Assembly (NCBI GenBank): GCA_964646315.1
Contig: CAZYDN010000002.1
Coordinates: 962 to 64,961 of the forward strand
DNA: 64,000 nucleotides
Origin: an uncultured Candidatus Saccharibacteria bacterium
Lineage (GTDB): Bacteria; Patescibacteriota; Minisyncoccia; Phycocordibacterales; Phycocordibacteraceae
Direction: 5' to 3'
Shown here: one piece after another, positions 17,239 to 26,460 of the stretch
Numbering within the stretch: position 1 is the stretch's first letter
How the letters are laid out: the number at the start of each line of letters is the position of its first letter
Notes under the pieces: generated by a model
The model's database searches: none
What the model saw: the letters and a program-made list of their open reading frames with translations, nothing else
What the model was told of the DNA's origin: nothing
Translations under genes and position numbers: made by a program

Positions 17239-18585
17239 ATGCTTATTCCTTCACAGATACGGCGCCCTAATGCGCTTGGGTACGCACTCGTAGCTCTAGT
17301 GATTGTGTCGCTTGGAGTACTGTCTTCTGCGTATGTGTATACCCAGATAGATCAGTCGGGACGCGAACATATTAAAGATCGTGCACAAACCGTTGCGGAG
17401 ATGTTTCCCAAGGCAGATATAGAGGAACTTGCCGGTGCTTCATACGACCTCGGCACTCCTGCGTATGCGCGAGTGAAGAACACCCTGACCCGCATACGGC
17501 AGGTTAATAGTGATGTACGGTTTGCTTACTTGGTAGGTACGCATTCAAACGGAAATATTTTTTTCTTTGCAGACTCTGAAAACCCATCTTCGCAAGACTA
17601 TTCGCCACCTGGTCAAGAATACGAAGAAGCTTCGCCTGCGATGCACGACATGTTTGAAACAGGTATTCCGGTAACGGAAGGTCCTGATCGCGACCGGTGG
17701 GGAGTCTGGATTTCGGCATATGCTCCCGTGCGTGACGATTCTGGAAAGATTATTGCACTACTCGGACTTGATTTGCCGGCCTCACAATATGTTACGGATG
17801 TTGTTGCGTACTCACTTCTGCCCTTACTCGTTGCTCTTTTACTTCTGGTGCTCATTACCGCAGCAGAACGGATGCATGCGCGGGAATACCGTTCCATAGC
17901 CCAGAAAGCAGAGTTTCTTTCCATTGCGTCTCACGAGATCAGGACACCTCTTACGGGCATACGGTGGGCTGTTGAGTCTATGCTTTCCAGTAGAACGAAT
18001 CCCGTTGCCGGAGAATTAAGAACTACGCTTGAACGCGTGCACGAGGGCTGTCTCATGCTTATTGCGAGGATTAACAATCTGCTCGATGTAACGGCCTTTG
18101 AAAGTCGTGGTGTAAGCGTACTTAAAAAATCAGATATCGATATTCCTTCATTTGTACATGAGATTGTCGAGAGTTTGGAACTATCTGCCATGCAACGGGA
18201 AGTGCGTATTGTTATTGATCCTAGTGTGGAGGAGGCTGGAGTGTTTCGTGCTGACCCTCAAACCATGCATCACGTATTCTTTAACCTCATGGCAAACGCC
18301 GTAAAATATACAAATCCAAACACTGAAGTTCGGATTGCGTATGAACGCTCGCCGCGTATGCATGTTTTCTGCTTTGTTGATCAAGGTCCTGGCATGTCTG
18401 CGCATGACCAAGCTCACATATTCGAAGGCTATCATCGTACTGAAGCTGCAGTACGTTCCGGTCAGTATGGAAGTGGACTAGGACTCTATCTAGCGCGAAC
18501 AGCTGCTGAGCTCCATGGTGGATCGGTGAACGTTATGTCGACCCTTGGTGAAGGAGCCCGCTTTACACTCACTATTCCCGGGTAA
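17239..18585 (+). CDS. Sensor histidine kinase
   Basis: 2 TM; SHEIRTPL H-box; NAVKY, DQGPG, GSGLGL. Confidence 0.95.
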   Translation: MLIPSQIRRPNALGYALVALVIVSLGVLSSAYVYTQIDQSGREHIKDRAQTVAEMFPKADIEELAGASYDLGTPAYARVKNTLTRIRQVNSDVRFAYLVGTHSNGNIFFFADSENPSSQDYSPPGQEYEEASPAMHDMFETGIPVTEGPDRDRWGVWISAYAPVRDDSGKIIALLGLDLPASQYVTDVVAYSLLPLLVALLLLVLITAAERMHAREYRSIAQKAEFLSIASHEIRTPLTGIRWAVESMLSSRTNPVAGELRTTLERVHEGCLMLIARINNLLDVTAFESRGVSVLKKSDIDIPSFVHEIVESLELSAMQREVRIVIDPSVEEAGVFRADPQTMHHVFFNLMANAVKYTNPNTEVRIAYERSPRMHVFCFVDQGPGMSAHDQAHIFEGYHRTEAAVRSGQYGSGLGLYLARTAAELHGGSVNVMSTLGEGARFTLTIPG

Positions 18586-18973
18586 GACCCACAAGACCAA
18601 GCTTCTCGTCAACTAATTTTACGATGCTGTCTATCTGTCGGTCTGACTTCACTACATACGCGACACTGCCACTTTCCATAGCTCGAGCGACATAATCCAT
18701 ATCGCCTGCGTTACTCAAAATAATGAAAGGAGTTTTGTTCTCGGGATGTGTTTCGCGAATTTCTTCAAGCATCTGTATGCCGTCTTTCTTAGGCATCATT
18801 ACATCCATTACAACCGCGTCTGGTTTTTCGGACTCAAAACTACGCAATCCTTCTTCTCCATTGAGAGCGGTCGCTACCTCATACCCAGCTTCTTCAAACT
18901 GATGGGTAAGTGTGACGAGTAGGAGATTATCGTCTTCTACAATGAGGACCTTTTTGCCGTTCTTTTGGTTCAT
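18572..18973 (-). CDS. Single-domain response regulator
   Basis: VLIVEDD, MDVMMP, ILSN, YVVK. Confidence 0.95.
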   Translation of the reverse strand: MNQKNGKKVLIVEDDNLLLVTLTHQFEEAGYEVATALNGEEGLRSFESEKPDAVVMDVMMPKKDGIQMLEEIRETHPENKTPFIILSNAGDMDYVARAMESGSVAYVVKSDRQIDSIVKLVDEKLGLVGLTRE

Positions 18974-19016
18974 GAGATTAGTGTAGCATCTTCGAGAGAC
19001 GGGGTATGATTACTTC

Positions 19017-20441
19017 ATGGTACGAAAAGAGAGAATTAGAACCCTTAACAGTGCTGAGAGGCAAGGAAATGGCCCGGTAGTGTATTGGATGAACCGCGAT
19101 TGCCGTATTTCGGATAATTGGGCATACATTCATGCGCGCATCCTTGCACACAAGGCAAAGGTTCCCCTTATTGTTCTTTATAATATTTCTCCAGGATTTT
19201 TAGGTGGCGGCATGCGTCAGCACAGCTTTAAGATAGGAGGTTTGCAAGAGGTGTCGCAGGCTTGTAGTGATGCAGGAACGCCTTTTTTCTTGTGTACCGG
19301 AGACGCTAAGGCGGTAATAGCCTTTGTGCTAAAGCATAATGCTCATACCGTAGTTACGGACTATTCGCCATTACGTATTCAAAAGGAATGGCTCTCTGAT
19401 GTAGTGGAACTTGCGCAATGTCCGGTAGTGCAGGTAGATGCACATAATATTGTTCCGGTATGGGTAACGTCAGCGAAGCCAGAATATGCTGCACGCACTA
19501 TCCGGCCAAAACTAGCGCGATTAGCTCCCCAATTTCTTGAGCCATTTCCCCGTGTACTAGCCTCGGTTCCGACATATAAGGGTGAGGTTCCAGATATCAA
19601 TTGGGAAAAAGTACGTACTTGCAAAGGGCTCACTCCTCACGTGACTGAAGTTGCACACACGTCTCCCGGACATGCTGCTGGCATGCACACGCTTGAGCAT
19701 TTTATAAAAAAGAACCTTTTCCTTTATGGAGACGCAAGAAATGATCCAAATCAAGATGGACAATCGGGACTGTCTCCTTACCTGCATTTTGGACACATAG
19801 CTCCTGCAACCGTGGCTCTCCGTGTGTGTCGCGCGTATGCACTACATCATAAGCAGGCAAAGCAAGCGCCTGCGCAGATACTCTCTCGCCTCATGGATCC
19901 CCGTCGCAATGGTTCTGGAAAGGCACAGGGAAGTGCAGAAAGTTTTATTGAAGAACTTATCGTACGAAGGGAGCTTGCGGATAACTTTTGTGAGTATACG
20001 CCCGCGTACGACACTGTGGAGGGTTTTCCTGACTGGGCGAGGAATACCCTAGAAGCACATCGCGCGGATATACGTCCTTATCTCTATACCTATGGGCAAT
20101 TAGCTAAATCTTTAACTCATGACTCTTTATGGAACGCTGCGCAACTACAGCTTGTGAGGGAAGGTACTATGCACGGATATATGCGTATGTATTGGGGAAA
20201 GAAAATTCTTGAATGGAGTACTTCACCCGAGGAGGCACTAGCGCATGCTATACGTTTGAATGATACGTACCAGCTTGATGGACGAGACCCTAATGGATAC
20301 GCAGGTATAGCGTGGTGCATCGGTGGTGTTCATGACCGACCCTGGTTTAACCGTGAGATTTTTGGCACGGTTCGCTACATGGCTCGTAGTGGGTGCGAAA
20401 AAAAGTTCGACGTGCCCGCGTATATCGCGCGTTACTCCTGA
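19017..20441 (+). CDS. phr: Class II CPD photolyase
   Basis: YWMNRDCR..DNWA, SPYLHFG, EELIVRREL, MHGYMRMYWGKK, DGRDPNGY. Confidence 0.92.
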   Translation: MVRKERIRTLNSAERQGNGPVVYWMNRDCRISDNWAYIHARILAHKAKVPLIVLYNISPGFLGGGMRQHSFKIGGLQEVSQACSDAGTPFFLCTGDAKAVIAFVLKHNAHTVVTDYSPLRIQKEWLSDVVELAQCPVVQVDAHNIVPVWVTSAKPEYAARTIRPKLARLAPQFLEPFPRVLASVPTYKGEVPDINWEKVRTCKGLTPHVTEVAHTSPGHAAGMHTLEHFIKKNLFLYGDARNDPNQDGQSGLSPYLHFGHIAPATVALRVCRAYALHHKQAKQAPAQILSRLMDPRRNGSGKAQGSAESFIEELIVRRELADNFCEYTPAYDTVEGFPDWARNTLEAHRADIRPYLYTYGQLAKSLTHDSLWNAAQLQLVREGTMHGYMRMYWGKKILEWSTSPEEALAHAIRLNDTYQLDGRDPNGYAGIAWCIGGVHDRPWFNREIFGTVRYMARSGCEKKFDVPAYIARYS

Positions 20442-23400
20442 CTTTGTGGTTGCGTAAGGTATCGTGCGCGCACCTCTTTGCCCGGCCAGCGGTAGTACAA
20501 CACGGGAATAAGTACGAGTGTTAGGAGAAGTGAGAAGGCGAGACCGGCCATAATCGCAAACGCAAGCGGTGCCCAGAATGCCGAAGCGAAGACGAGCGGA
20601 ATCATACCAATCACGGTTACCACCGTTGTAAGGAGAATAGGACGCAGACGAGTAGAAGAGGCGGCAACGACTACTTCCTGGAGGGAGTAATTTGGGTGCT
20701 CAATATGAATGCGAGCGATGGAATCCATGAGAATGATGGCGTGGTTAATAATCACACCTGCCAGAGCAATAACGCCAAGCATGGATGTAAGTGAAAGCGG
20801 TTGCCCTACAAGGGTAAGTCCGAAGAAGACTCCCACAAGTGAAAGGGGGATAATGGCGAGCAAGTAGAACGACTGACGGAATGAGTTAAATTCAAGAATG
20901 AGAATTGAGAGCATGAGCGCTGCTCCAGCGATGAGCGCTACGAAGAGTTCGATAAATGACTTACCCACGTCTTCGCTAGCTCCACCCAACTTCATAACCA
21001 CGCCCGTACCAATCTTGTCCTGCGTAAACTGTTTCTGGAATTCCTTGGTTACTTCAATAGCGTTTGCAGTAGGGTCTACTTCTGCGGTTACGGTGGTGAT
21101 TCGAGTACCCGCTTCGTGCTTTATGCTTGATTGAGCGGATTGGTACGTAATTGTTGCAATGGCCGAAAGAGGAACGGGTCCATGGGCTCCAACAACGGTA
21201 AGCTCGCGTACCGCATCAATGGAGGCATGAGTGGTCTCTGAAGAATCCTTGTAGTTTGGATTTAAGTCGAGCTTGGTTCGCACCTCAATATCATTTGTTC
21301 CGGTACGAATAGATGTAGCTTTCGTACTGAAGAGCGCGGTGCGGAGCGTATCTGTGACCGTCAGAGGAGACACCCCAAGCTCTGCAGCTTTAGCACCATC
21401 GAGCGTTACCACAAACTCAGCGCTCGAGTGCTTGGAATCTGAGTCTAGATTCACCACCCCCGGGATGTCGGAGAGTACATGTACGGCATTATCGGCAGTG
21501 GACGACAGAGCATTCAAGTCGTCTCCTGAGAATGTAATAGTGATTGGTGAAGAAGAAGGCGGGCCACCAGCCGGTTCACTCACCGTAATACTTGCTGATG
21601 TAATTTGAGCAAGCTGTCCTCGTAGCTCAGTCACAAAATCGGCGCTTGTTTGTTTGTGGTGCTTTGGAAGGTTCACCGTGATGTTTCCAATGTTGCTACC
21701 ACTTGTAGGGCCCGAGCCAGAGCCTCCTGCAAAGGAGCTACCAGCCCCTACTTCACTTACGAATGAAGCTACGTTTGGGTTGGTGTAGAGAAGTTCTTCC
21801 ACTTCACGTACTGAGAGGTCAGTACTCGCAAGGTCGCTACCTTGTGGCTTCTCTATCTGCACGTAGACATAGTCGGAGTCGGCGGCAGGGAAGAATATGG
21901 ATTTCAATAGCCCGGTTGAAGGAAGCGCAATAGCGATTACGAAGAGAACTGCAAGCGTAATGAAGAATTTGTTCTGACTCTTTTTAGCGTTGAGCATGCG
22001 AGTCAAATATCCTTCGTACCACGTCTTTGCTATCTGGTTGTATTTTTCCTGGCGGTCTTGCGCGACTGAGTGCGTATCCTTTACGAAGAAAATAGCGAGA
22101 AGCGGTACGAACCCAAGTGCCACAAAGATTGACGCAAGAAGCACGAAAATAACCGTGAACGGAATAGACGCAAGGAATTTACCAACGATACCGGAAAGGA
22201 AGAAGAGGGGAATGAATACCACAATGGTCGTAAACGTTCCTGCGATAAGCGGCCACGCATACTCTTTGATGGCAGCGCGTGCTGCTTTTTGTTTGTCGCC
22301 AAAGGCAAGCAAACGGGTATGGAACGCTTCCACAACCACAATGCCGGAGTCGACGAGAATACCGATCGCAAGAATAAGAGAGAAGAGGGATACGTTGTTG
22401 AGGGTGTTTCCAGAAGCCAGGAGGCCAATAAATGCCACTAGGAATGAAAGGGGAATAGAGGCAGCTGCTACGAGAGACTCTCTCCATCCAAGAGTAAACA
22501 AGAGTACGAGCATAACGAGAACCACGGTCTCAACACCCGCTCGGGTGAGCTCCACGAGACTTTTATTTACTTCCTCTGCACCATTGTAAGAAATTACTGT
22601 TTTAGTTCCCTCTAAAATTCCCTTCTCCAAGTCAGCAAGCTTCTTTTCCACTGCATGACCGGTCTCAACAATATTTCCACCACGACTCTTGTAGATGGTG
22701 AGAGTGAGTGAAGGGTCGGCGGGTGAGCCGTTTACTGAGACACGAGAATAGGTGCTTGGATCTTCCAGTCCGTCCTTAACGTCTGCAACGTCACGCACAT
22801 GGAGTGTGCTTCCACCAGGACCAGCGATAGCAATTCCTGCTACCGCATCGGTTGTGAGAAGTCCGGATTCAAAACGTACTGCATAGTTAATTCCGTCCAC
22901 GGTAATAGAGCCGGCGGGAGAAGAAACTCCAGCCGCACGCAATGCGGAAGTTACGTCAGAAAGGGAGAGGTTGTATTGACGAAGCGCCGCGCCCCGAACA
23001 ATAACCTGCACCTCTCGGTCACGAATTCCCGACACAGAAACTTTAGACACTCCGGACACACGCTTAATTTCGTCACTAACTTCGTCTCCAAGCGTCGTCA
23101 GTTCTTCTGGGGTGAGTTTGCCCGATACAGAAACAATAAGAATTGGTTGGTCAGCAAAGTTAACATCTGAGACGGTAGGTGCTAGAGCCTCTGGAGGAAG
23201 TTCTGGGCGCACCTTGTCCACTGCGTCTTTAAGGAGCTGAATGGATTTATCAATATTTGCAGTAGCGTCGAACTCAACAGAGACTACCGATACCCCGTCA
23301 CCTGAGGTGGAGGTAACTTTTGACACGTGCTCTACACCCAGTACGCCGCTTTCTATTTTGTCGGTAATTAAACGCTCAACGTCGCTCGAGGAAGCGCCCG

Positions 23401-23557
23401 GTAGTACCGTTGCAACAACACCAAGGGGAATGGTGATATCTGGACTAGATTCCTTAGGTATGACGATTACGGCATACAGACCGCCCGCCAAAAGACCGAG
23501 CATCAGAAATACCGTGAAGGTCTGCTTCTTCAGAAAGAAACTCCAGAAATTGGTCAT
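20432..23557 (-). CDS. RND efflux permease (AcrB/AcrD/AcrF family)
   Basis: 1041 aa; AIGILVDSGIVVVE, RLRPILLT. Confidence 0.95.
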   Translation of the reverse strand: MTNFWSFFLKKQTFTVFLMLGLLAGGLYAVIVIPKESSPDITIPLGVVATVLPGASSSDVERLITDKIESGVLGVEHVSKVTSTSGDGVSVVSVEFDATANIDKSIQLLKDAVDKVRPELPPEALAPTVSDVNFADQPILIVSVSGKLTPEELTTLGDEVSDEIKRVSGVSKVSVSGIRDREVQVIVRGAALRQYNLSLSDVTSALRAAGVSSPAGSITVDGINYAVRFESGLLTTDAVAGIAIAGPGGSTLHVRDVADVKDGLEDPSTYSRVSVNGSPADPSLTLTIYKSRGGNIVETGHAVEKKLADLEKGILEGTKTVISYNGAEEVNKSLVELTRAGVETVVLVMLVLLFTLGWRESLVAAASIPLSFLVAFIGLLASGNTLNNVSLFSLILAIGILVDSGIVVVEAFHTRLLAFGDKQKAARAAIKEYAWPLIAGTFTTIVVFIPLFFLSGIVGKFLASIPFTVIFVLLASIFVALGFVPLLAIFFVKDTHSVAQDRQEKYNQIAKTWYEGYLTRMLNAKKSQNKFFITLAVLFVIAIALPSTGLLKSIFFPAADSDYVYVQIEKPQGSDLASTDLSVREVEELLYTNPNVASFVSEVGAGSSFAGGSGSGPTSGSNIGNITVNLPKHHKQTSADFVTELRGQLAQITSASITVSEPAGGPPSSSPITITFSGDDLNALSSTADNAVHVLSDIPGVVNLDSDSKHSSAEFVVTLDGAKAAELGVSPLTVTDTLRTALFSTKATSIRTGTNDIEVRTKLDLNPNYKDSSETTHASIDAVRELTVVGAHGPVPLSAIATITYQSAQSSIKHEAGTRITTVTAEVDPTANAIEVTKEFQKQFTQDKIGTGVVMKLGGASEDVGKSFIELFVALIAGAALMLSILILEFNSFRQSFYLLAIIPLSLVGVFFGLTLVGQPLSLTSMLGVIALAGVIINHAIILMDSIARIHIEHPNYSLQEVVVAASSTRLRPILLTTVVTVIGMIPLVFASAFWAPLAFAIMAGLAFSLLLTLVLIPVLYYRWPGKEVRARYLTQPQSQE

Positions 23558-23558
23558 G

Positions 23559-25103
23559 TTACAGAGAGGCGTTGTCCGCGATAGATACCTTCTGTCCTGC
23601 CGACAAGCCTCGTGCGTCGGTAACTATGCGGGTGCCTGCGCTAATACCTGAAAGCACTTCAATAGCGCCACCTCGAACTTCTCCCGTAGTAATTGCGTGT
23701 TCTACAAGACGGCCCTGCTCGTCTACGCTAAACACTACGCGATCATTAGTGCGCAACTTTACACTTGCAAGGGGAAGAAGGAGAGGACCTTCATTCTCGG
23801 TTGTTGCCTTCACGGCACCAGGAAGAGTGATGCGTACTGACTGGCCGTTCACCAGCGAGGCGTCAGGATTACTAATAGCAATGTGGATTTCAATTTGGTG
23901 TGTTGTTGGACTCAGTGCTGGCGCAATGCTTGTGATGATTCCTGTGTAACGAGTTTCAACGGTAACTTTTTCACCTACGGAGATTTGGGTGCGTTCATCT
24001 TCAGAAATATAGGTAACTAACTCAAGTGAACCATTCTGCGCCACGGTAGCTACGTGTGTGAACGCTGTTACATAGTCGCCGACGCGAATAGGAAGAAAGT
24101 TTACGGTGCCAGATATAGGTGCACGCACAAGTGTTTTTTCAAGCTGTGCCTGAGCACCTCGGAGGTTACCAAGTGCTTGTTTTACCGAAGCATCAACTGA
24201 TGCTGTAGAGCTTATACTTTTGCCACGATATGCCTCGCGTGCGGCAGCTAGTGCTGCTTGCTGCTGGTTTACGGTTGCACGAGCAGAGGCAAGAGCTGTC
24301 ATCTGCGAAGTAGAGGCGCCGGAATCTGAATCGTTGGCAGCGCGGGCAAGGTCCGCAAGAAAAGCAGAGGTAGCATCAACGACCTTCTGTGCTTGATCAA
24401 GAAGTACTTCAGGCTCAGTTGTTGCTGCAGTAGCTTGCTGGGTGCGCCACTCATCTATACTGTTTTGAAGTGTTTGACGTTTTCCGGATAGATATCCCAT
24501 TGGGAACATTCCTGCATTTATAAGGAGACTTGGTCCGTAAGGAGTGGGGCCACCAAAGAAGAGATCTATTTGACTTGCGTATGCGCTATCGAGAGCGGTA
24601 AAGGCAGAACGGTAGGTGTTTCGTACAGAAAGGGAAGTGTCCTTAGGAGACACTGCGTTTCTCGCCGCAATAGCCGCGTCATACGCACCCTCTGCCTGCA
24701 GTACGGTAGCGCGCTGACTCGCATTATCTAGCTCTGCAATAATGAATCCAGCAGGAACACTAGCGCCAAGCGTTGTGCGAACAGAGCGAACCTTCCCGCC
24801 GCTTTCAGCGAGGATATCGGCTTCGGTTACTGAACGAATAGTACCTATAACACTAGTTCCGTCCCCACCACCTGAAAGTGAGCCTGCGGTTGCGAGAGTG
24901 ACCGTGCGGGGTTCGTCTGTTTGTGCTTTAGCACCGCCGAAGCCATTGAGTAGTGAAATCCCTCCTATGAGGAGTATGGCCAGAAGTACCCCGATAGCTA
25001 CTTGCTGCCAGATTTTTAGAGAACGGTACTTCTTCCACCCGCGAGTGGCTTTAGCAGTTGAGTAAGAGAGAGCGCCTGAAAGGCGGGAAGCGAGTTCTTT
25101 CAT
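23559..25103 (-). CDS. RND adaptor (membrane fusion protein)
   Basis: N-terminal TM, long coiled coil, VRAPISG; directly upstream of the permease; start approximate. Confidence 0.9.
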   Translation of the reverse strand: MKELASRLSGALSYSTAKATRGWKKYRSLKIWQQVAIGVLLAILLIGGISLLNGFGGAKAQTDEPRTVTLATAGSLSGGGDGTSVIGTIRSVTEADILAESGGKVRSVRTTLGASVPAGFIIAELDNASQRATVLQAEGAYDAAIAARNAVSPKDTSLSVRNTYRSAFTALDSAYASQIDLFFGGPTPYGPSLLINAGMFPMGYLSGKRQTLQNSIDEWRTQQATAATTEPEVLLDQAQKVVDATSAFLADLARAANDSDSGASTSQMTALASARATVNQQQAALAAAREAYRGKSISSTASVDASVKQALGNLRGAQAQLEKTLVRAPISGTVNFLPIRVGDYVTAFTHVATVAQNGSLELVTYISEDERTQISVGEKVTVETRYTGIITSIAPALSPTTHQIEIHIAISNPDASLVNGQSVRITLPGAVKATTENEGPLLLPLASVKLRTNDRVVFSVDEQGRLVEHAITTGEVRGGAIEVLSGISAGTRIVTDARGLSAGQKVSIADNASL

Positions 25104-25199
25104 AGAGACATATATTGTATACCAAAATATTAGATATGTCAATTATCGCGCGGTCAAGCTTGCACATGCACATGGGGTGGGGTGGTAGTATTGGGACAT

Positions 25200-25694
25200 A
25201 TGTTGAATCACGATCAAAAGCCACACCACACGTTTATGTATCTATGGATTATTGGTGCGGTGGTAGTGCTCGTGTTCTCTATGGTCTCCTACATCATGCA
25301 GTATCCGCGCACGGTACAAGCGCCCCAAGTAATCGAACCACCAGTTGCGACCACGACGTCGTCGCAACCATCTAATGATGTTACGACCGACACTACGGGA
25401 GTGTTTACTCTTGCTCTTGGGGAAACAGGAACAAGTCATGGTTGGACCATTACTCCTACCGCACTCACCGAAGATAGTAGGTGTCCTACGGACGTGCAGT
25501 GTATCCAGGCCGGTACGGTGCGAGTAAGTGTGCGCATAGGAAGCTCAACAAGTGAGAAAGTGGTTACGCTTGTAACCCCAGAAAGTATTCCCGGAGGACA
25601 GATAACGCTCGTAAAAGTTACTCCCGATAAAAATTCCAAGCTTTCTACAAAGCAGTCTGAGTACCGATTCTCATTTCTTGTAGTGACGCAGTAA
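25200..25694 (+). CDS. Membrane-anchored hypothetical protein
   Basis: TM then EDSRCPTDVQCIQAG. Confidence 0.75.
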   Translation: MLNHDQKPHHTFMYLWIIGAVVVLVFSMVSYIMQYPRTVQAPQVIEPPVATTTSSQPSNDVTTDTTGVFTLALGETGTSHGWTITPTALTEDSRCPTDVQCIQAGTVRVSVRIGSSTSEKVVTLVTPESIPGGQITLVKVTPDKNSKLSTKQSEYRFSFLVVTQ

Positions 25695-25698
25695 TTCC

Positions 25699-26460
25699 AT
25701 GAAGGTTATTTCGCTCAATACGTGGGGAGGTGAGGCAGGGGTCAAATCACTTCTTGATTTTTTTGCTGCACACAAAGACGTAGACATCTTTTGTCTACAA
25801 GAAGTATGGAATGGCGGAGAGGAGATGCTGGATAAAAACACAGGCGGTTCCTGGCTTAATAGAAGAGTTCCGACGCTCTTATCTGATATCTCTGCGATTC
25901 TTTCCGAGTACAAAGTCTTTTATCGTCCACACTTTCATGACTTCTTCGGGCTCGCTCTCTTCATAAAGAGAGACATAAAAGTCACAGAAGAAGGCGACTT
26001 GTATATATACAAAGAACAGGGCTATATCTCTCCGGAAGAGTTTGGTGACCATGCACGCATCCTTCAGTACGTTACAATTGAAATTGAGAATAAATTACAT
26101 ACCCTTATCCAACTCCATGGTTTATGGAACGGAAAGGGTAAGGGTGATTGTGACGAGCGTTTGGAACAATCTGATCGAATCGCAGGTTTTGTTTCCAAGT
26201 TGCCAAACCCGACCGTACTCGTGGGAGATTTTAATCTTCGTCCCGATACAGATTCTCTTAAGAGAATAGAAAAAATAGGTTTGCGAAACCTTATAAATGA
26301 ATACGGAATAGTTTCTACGCGCACGAGTCACTATACAAAGTCGGAGAAATTTGCGGACTACGCATTTGTGAGCGAAGGAATTGAAGTGCTTGACTTCACA
26401 GTACTCCCCGACGAAGTCTCTGACCACGCGCCGCTGTATCTTGAATACTCTCTCTCATGA
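25699..26460 (+). CDS. Endonuclease/exonuclease/phosphatase family protein
   Basis: ISLN, CLQE, GDFN, DYAF, SDH. Confidence 0.92.
   Translation: MKVISLNTWGGEAGVKSLLDFFAAHKDVDIFCLQEVWNGGEEMLDKNTGGSWLNRRVPTLLSDISAILSEYKVFYRPHFHDFFGLALFIKRDIKVTEEGDLYIYKEQGYISPEEFGDHARILQYVTIEIENKLHTLIQLHGLWNGKGKGDCDERLEQSDRIAGFVSKLPNPTVLVGDFNLRPDTDSLKRIEKIGLRNLINEYGIVSTRTSHYTKSEKFADYAFVSEGIEVLDFTVLPDEVSDHAPLYLEYSLS

Noticed and set aside
20898-23949. Long + strand ORFs opposite the RND genes, and similar ones opposite typA, groEL, rnj and lepA
   Set aside because: Antisense shadows with no motifs
26457-26460. Alternative genetic code 25 (TGA=Gly)
   Set aside because: TGA ends genes at expected positions and conserved genes are intact under code 11
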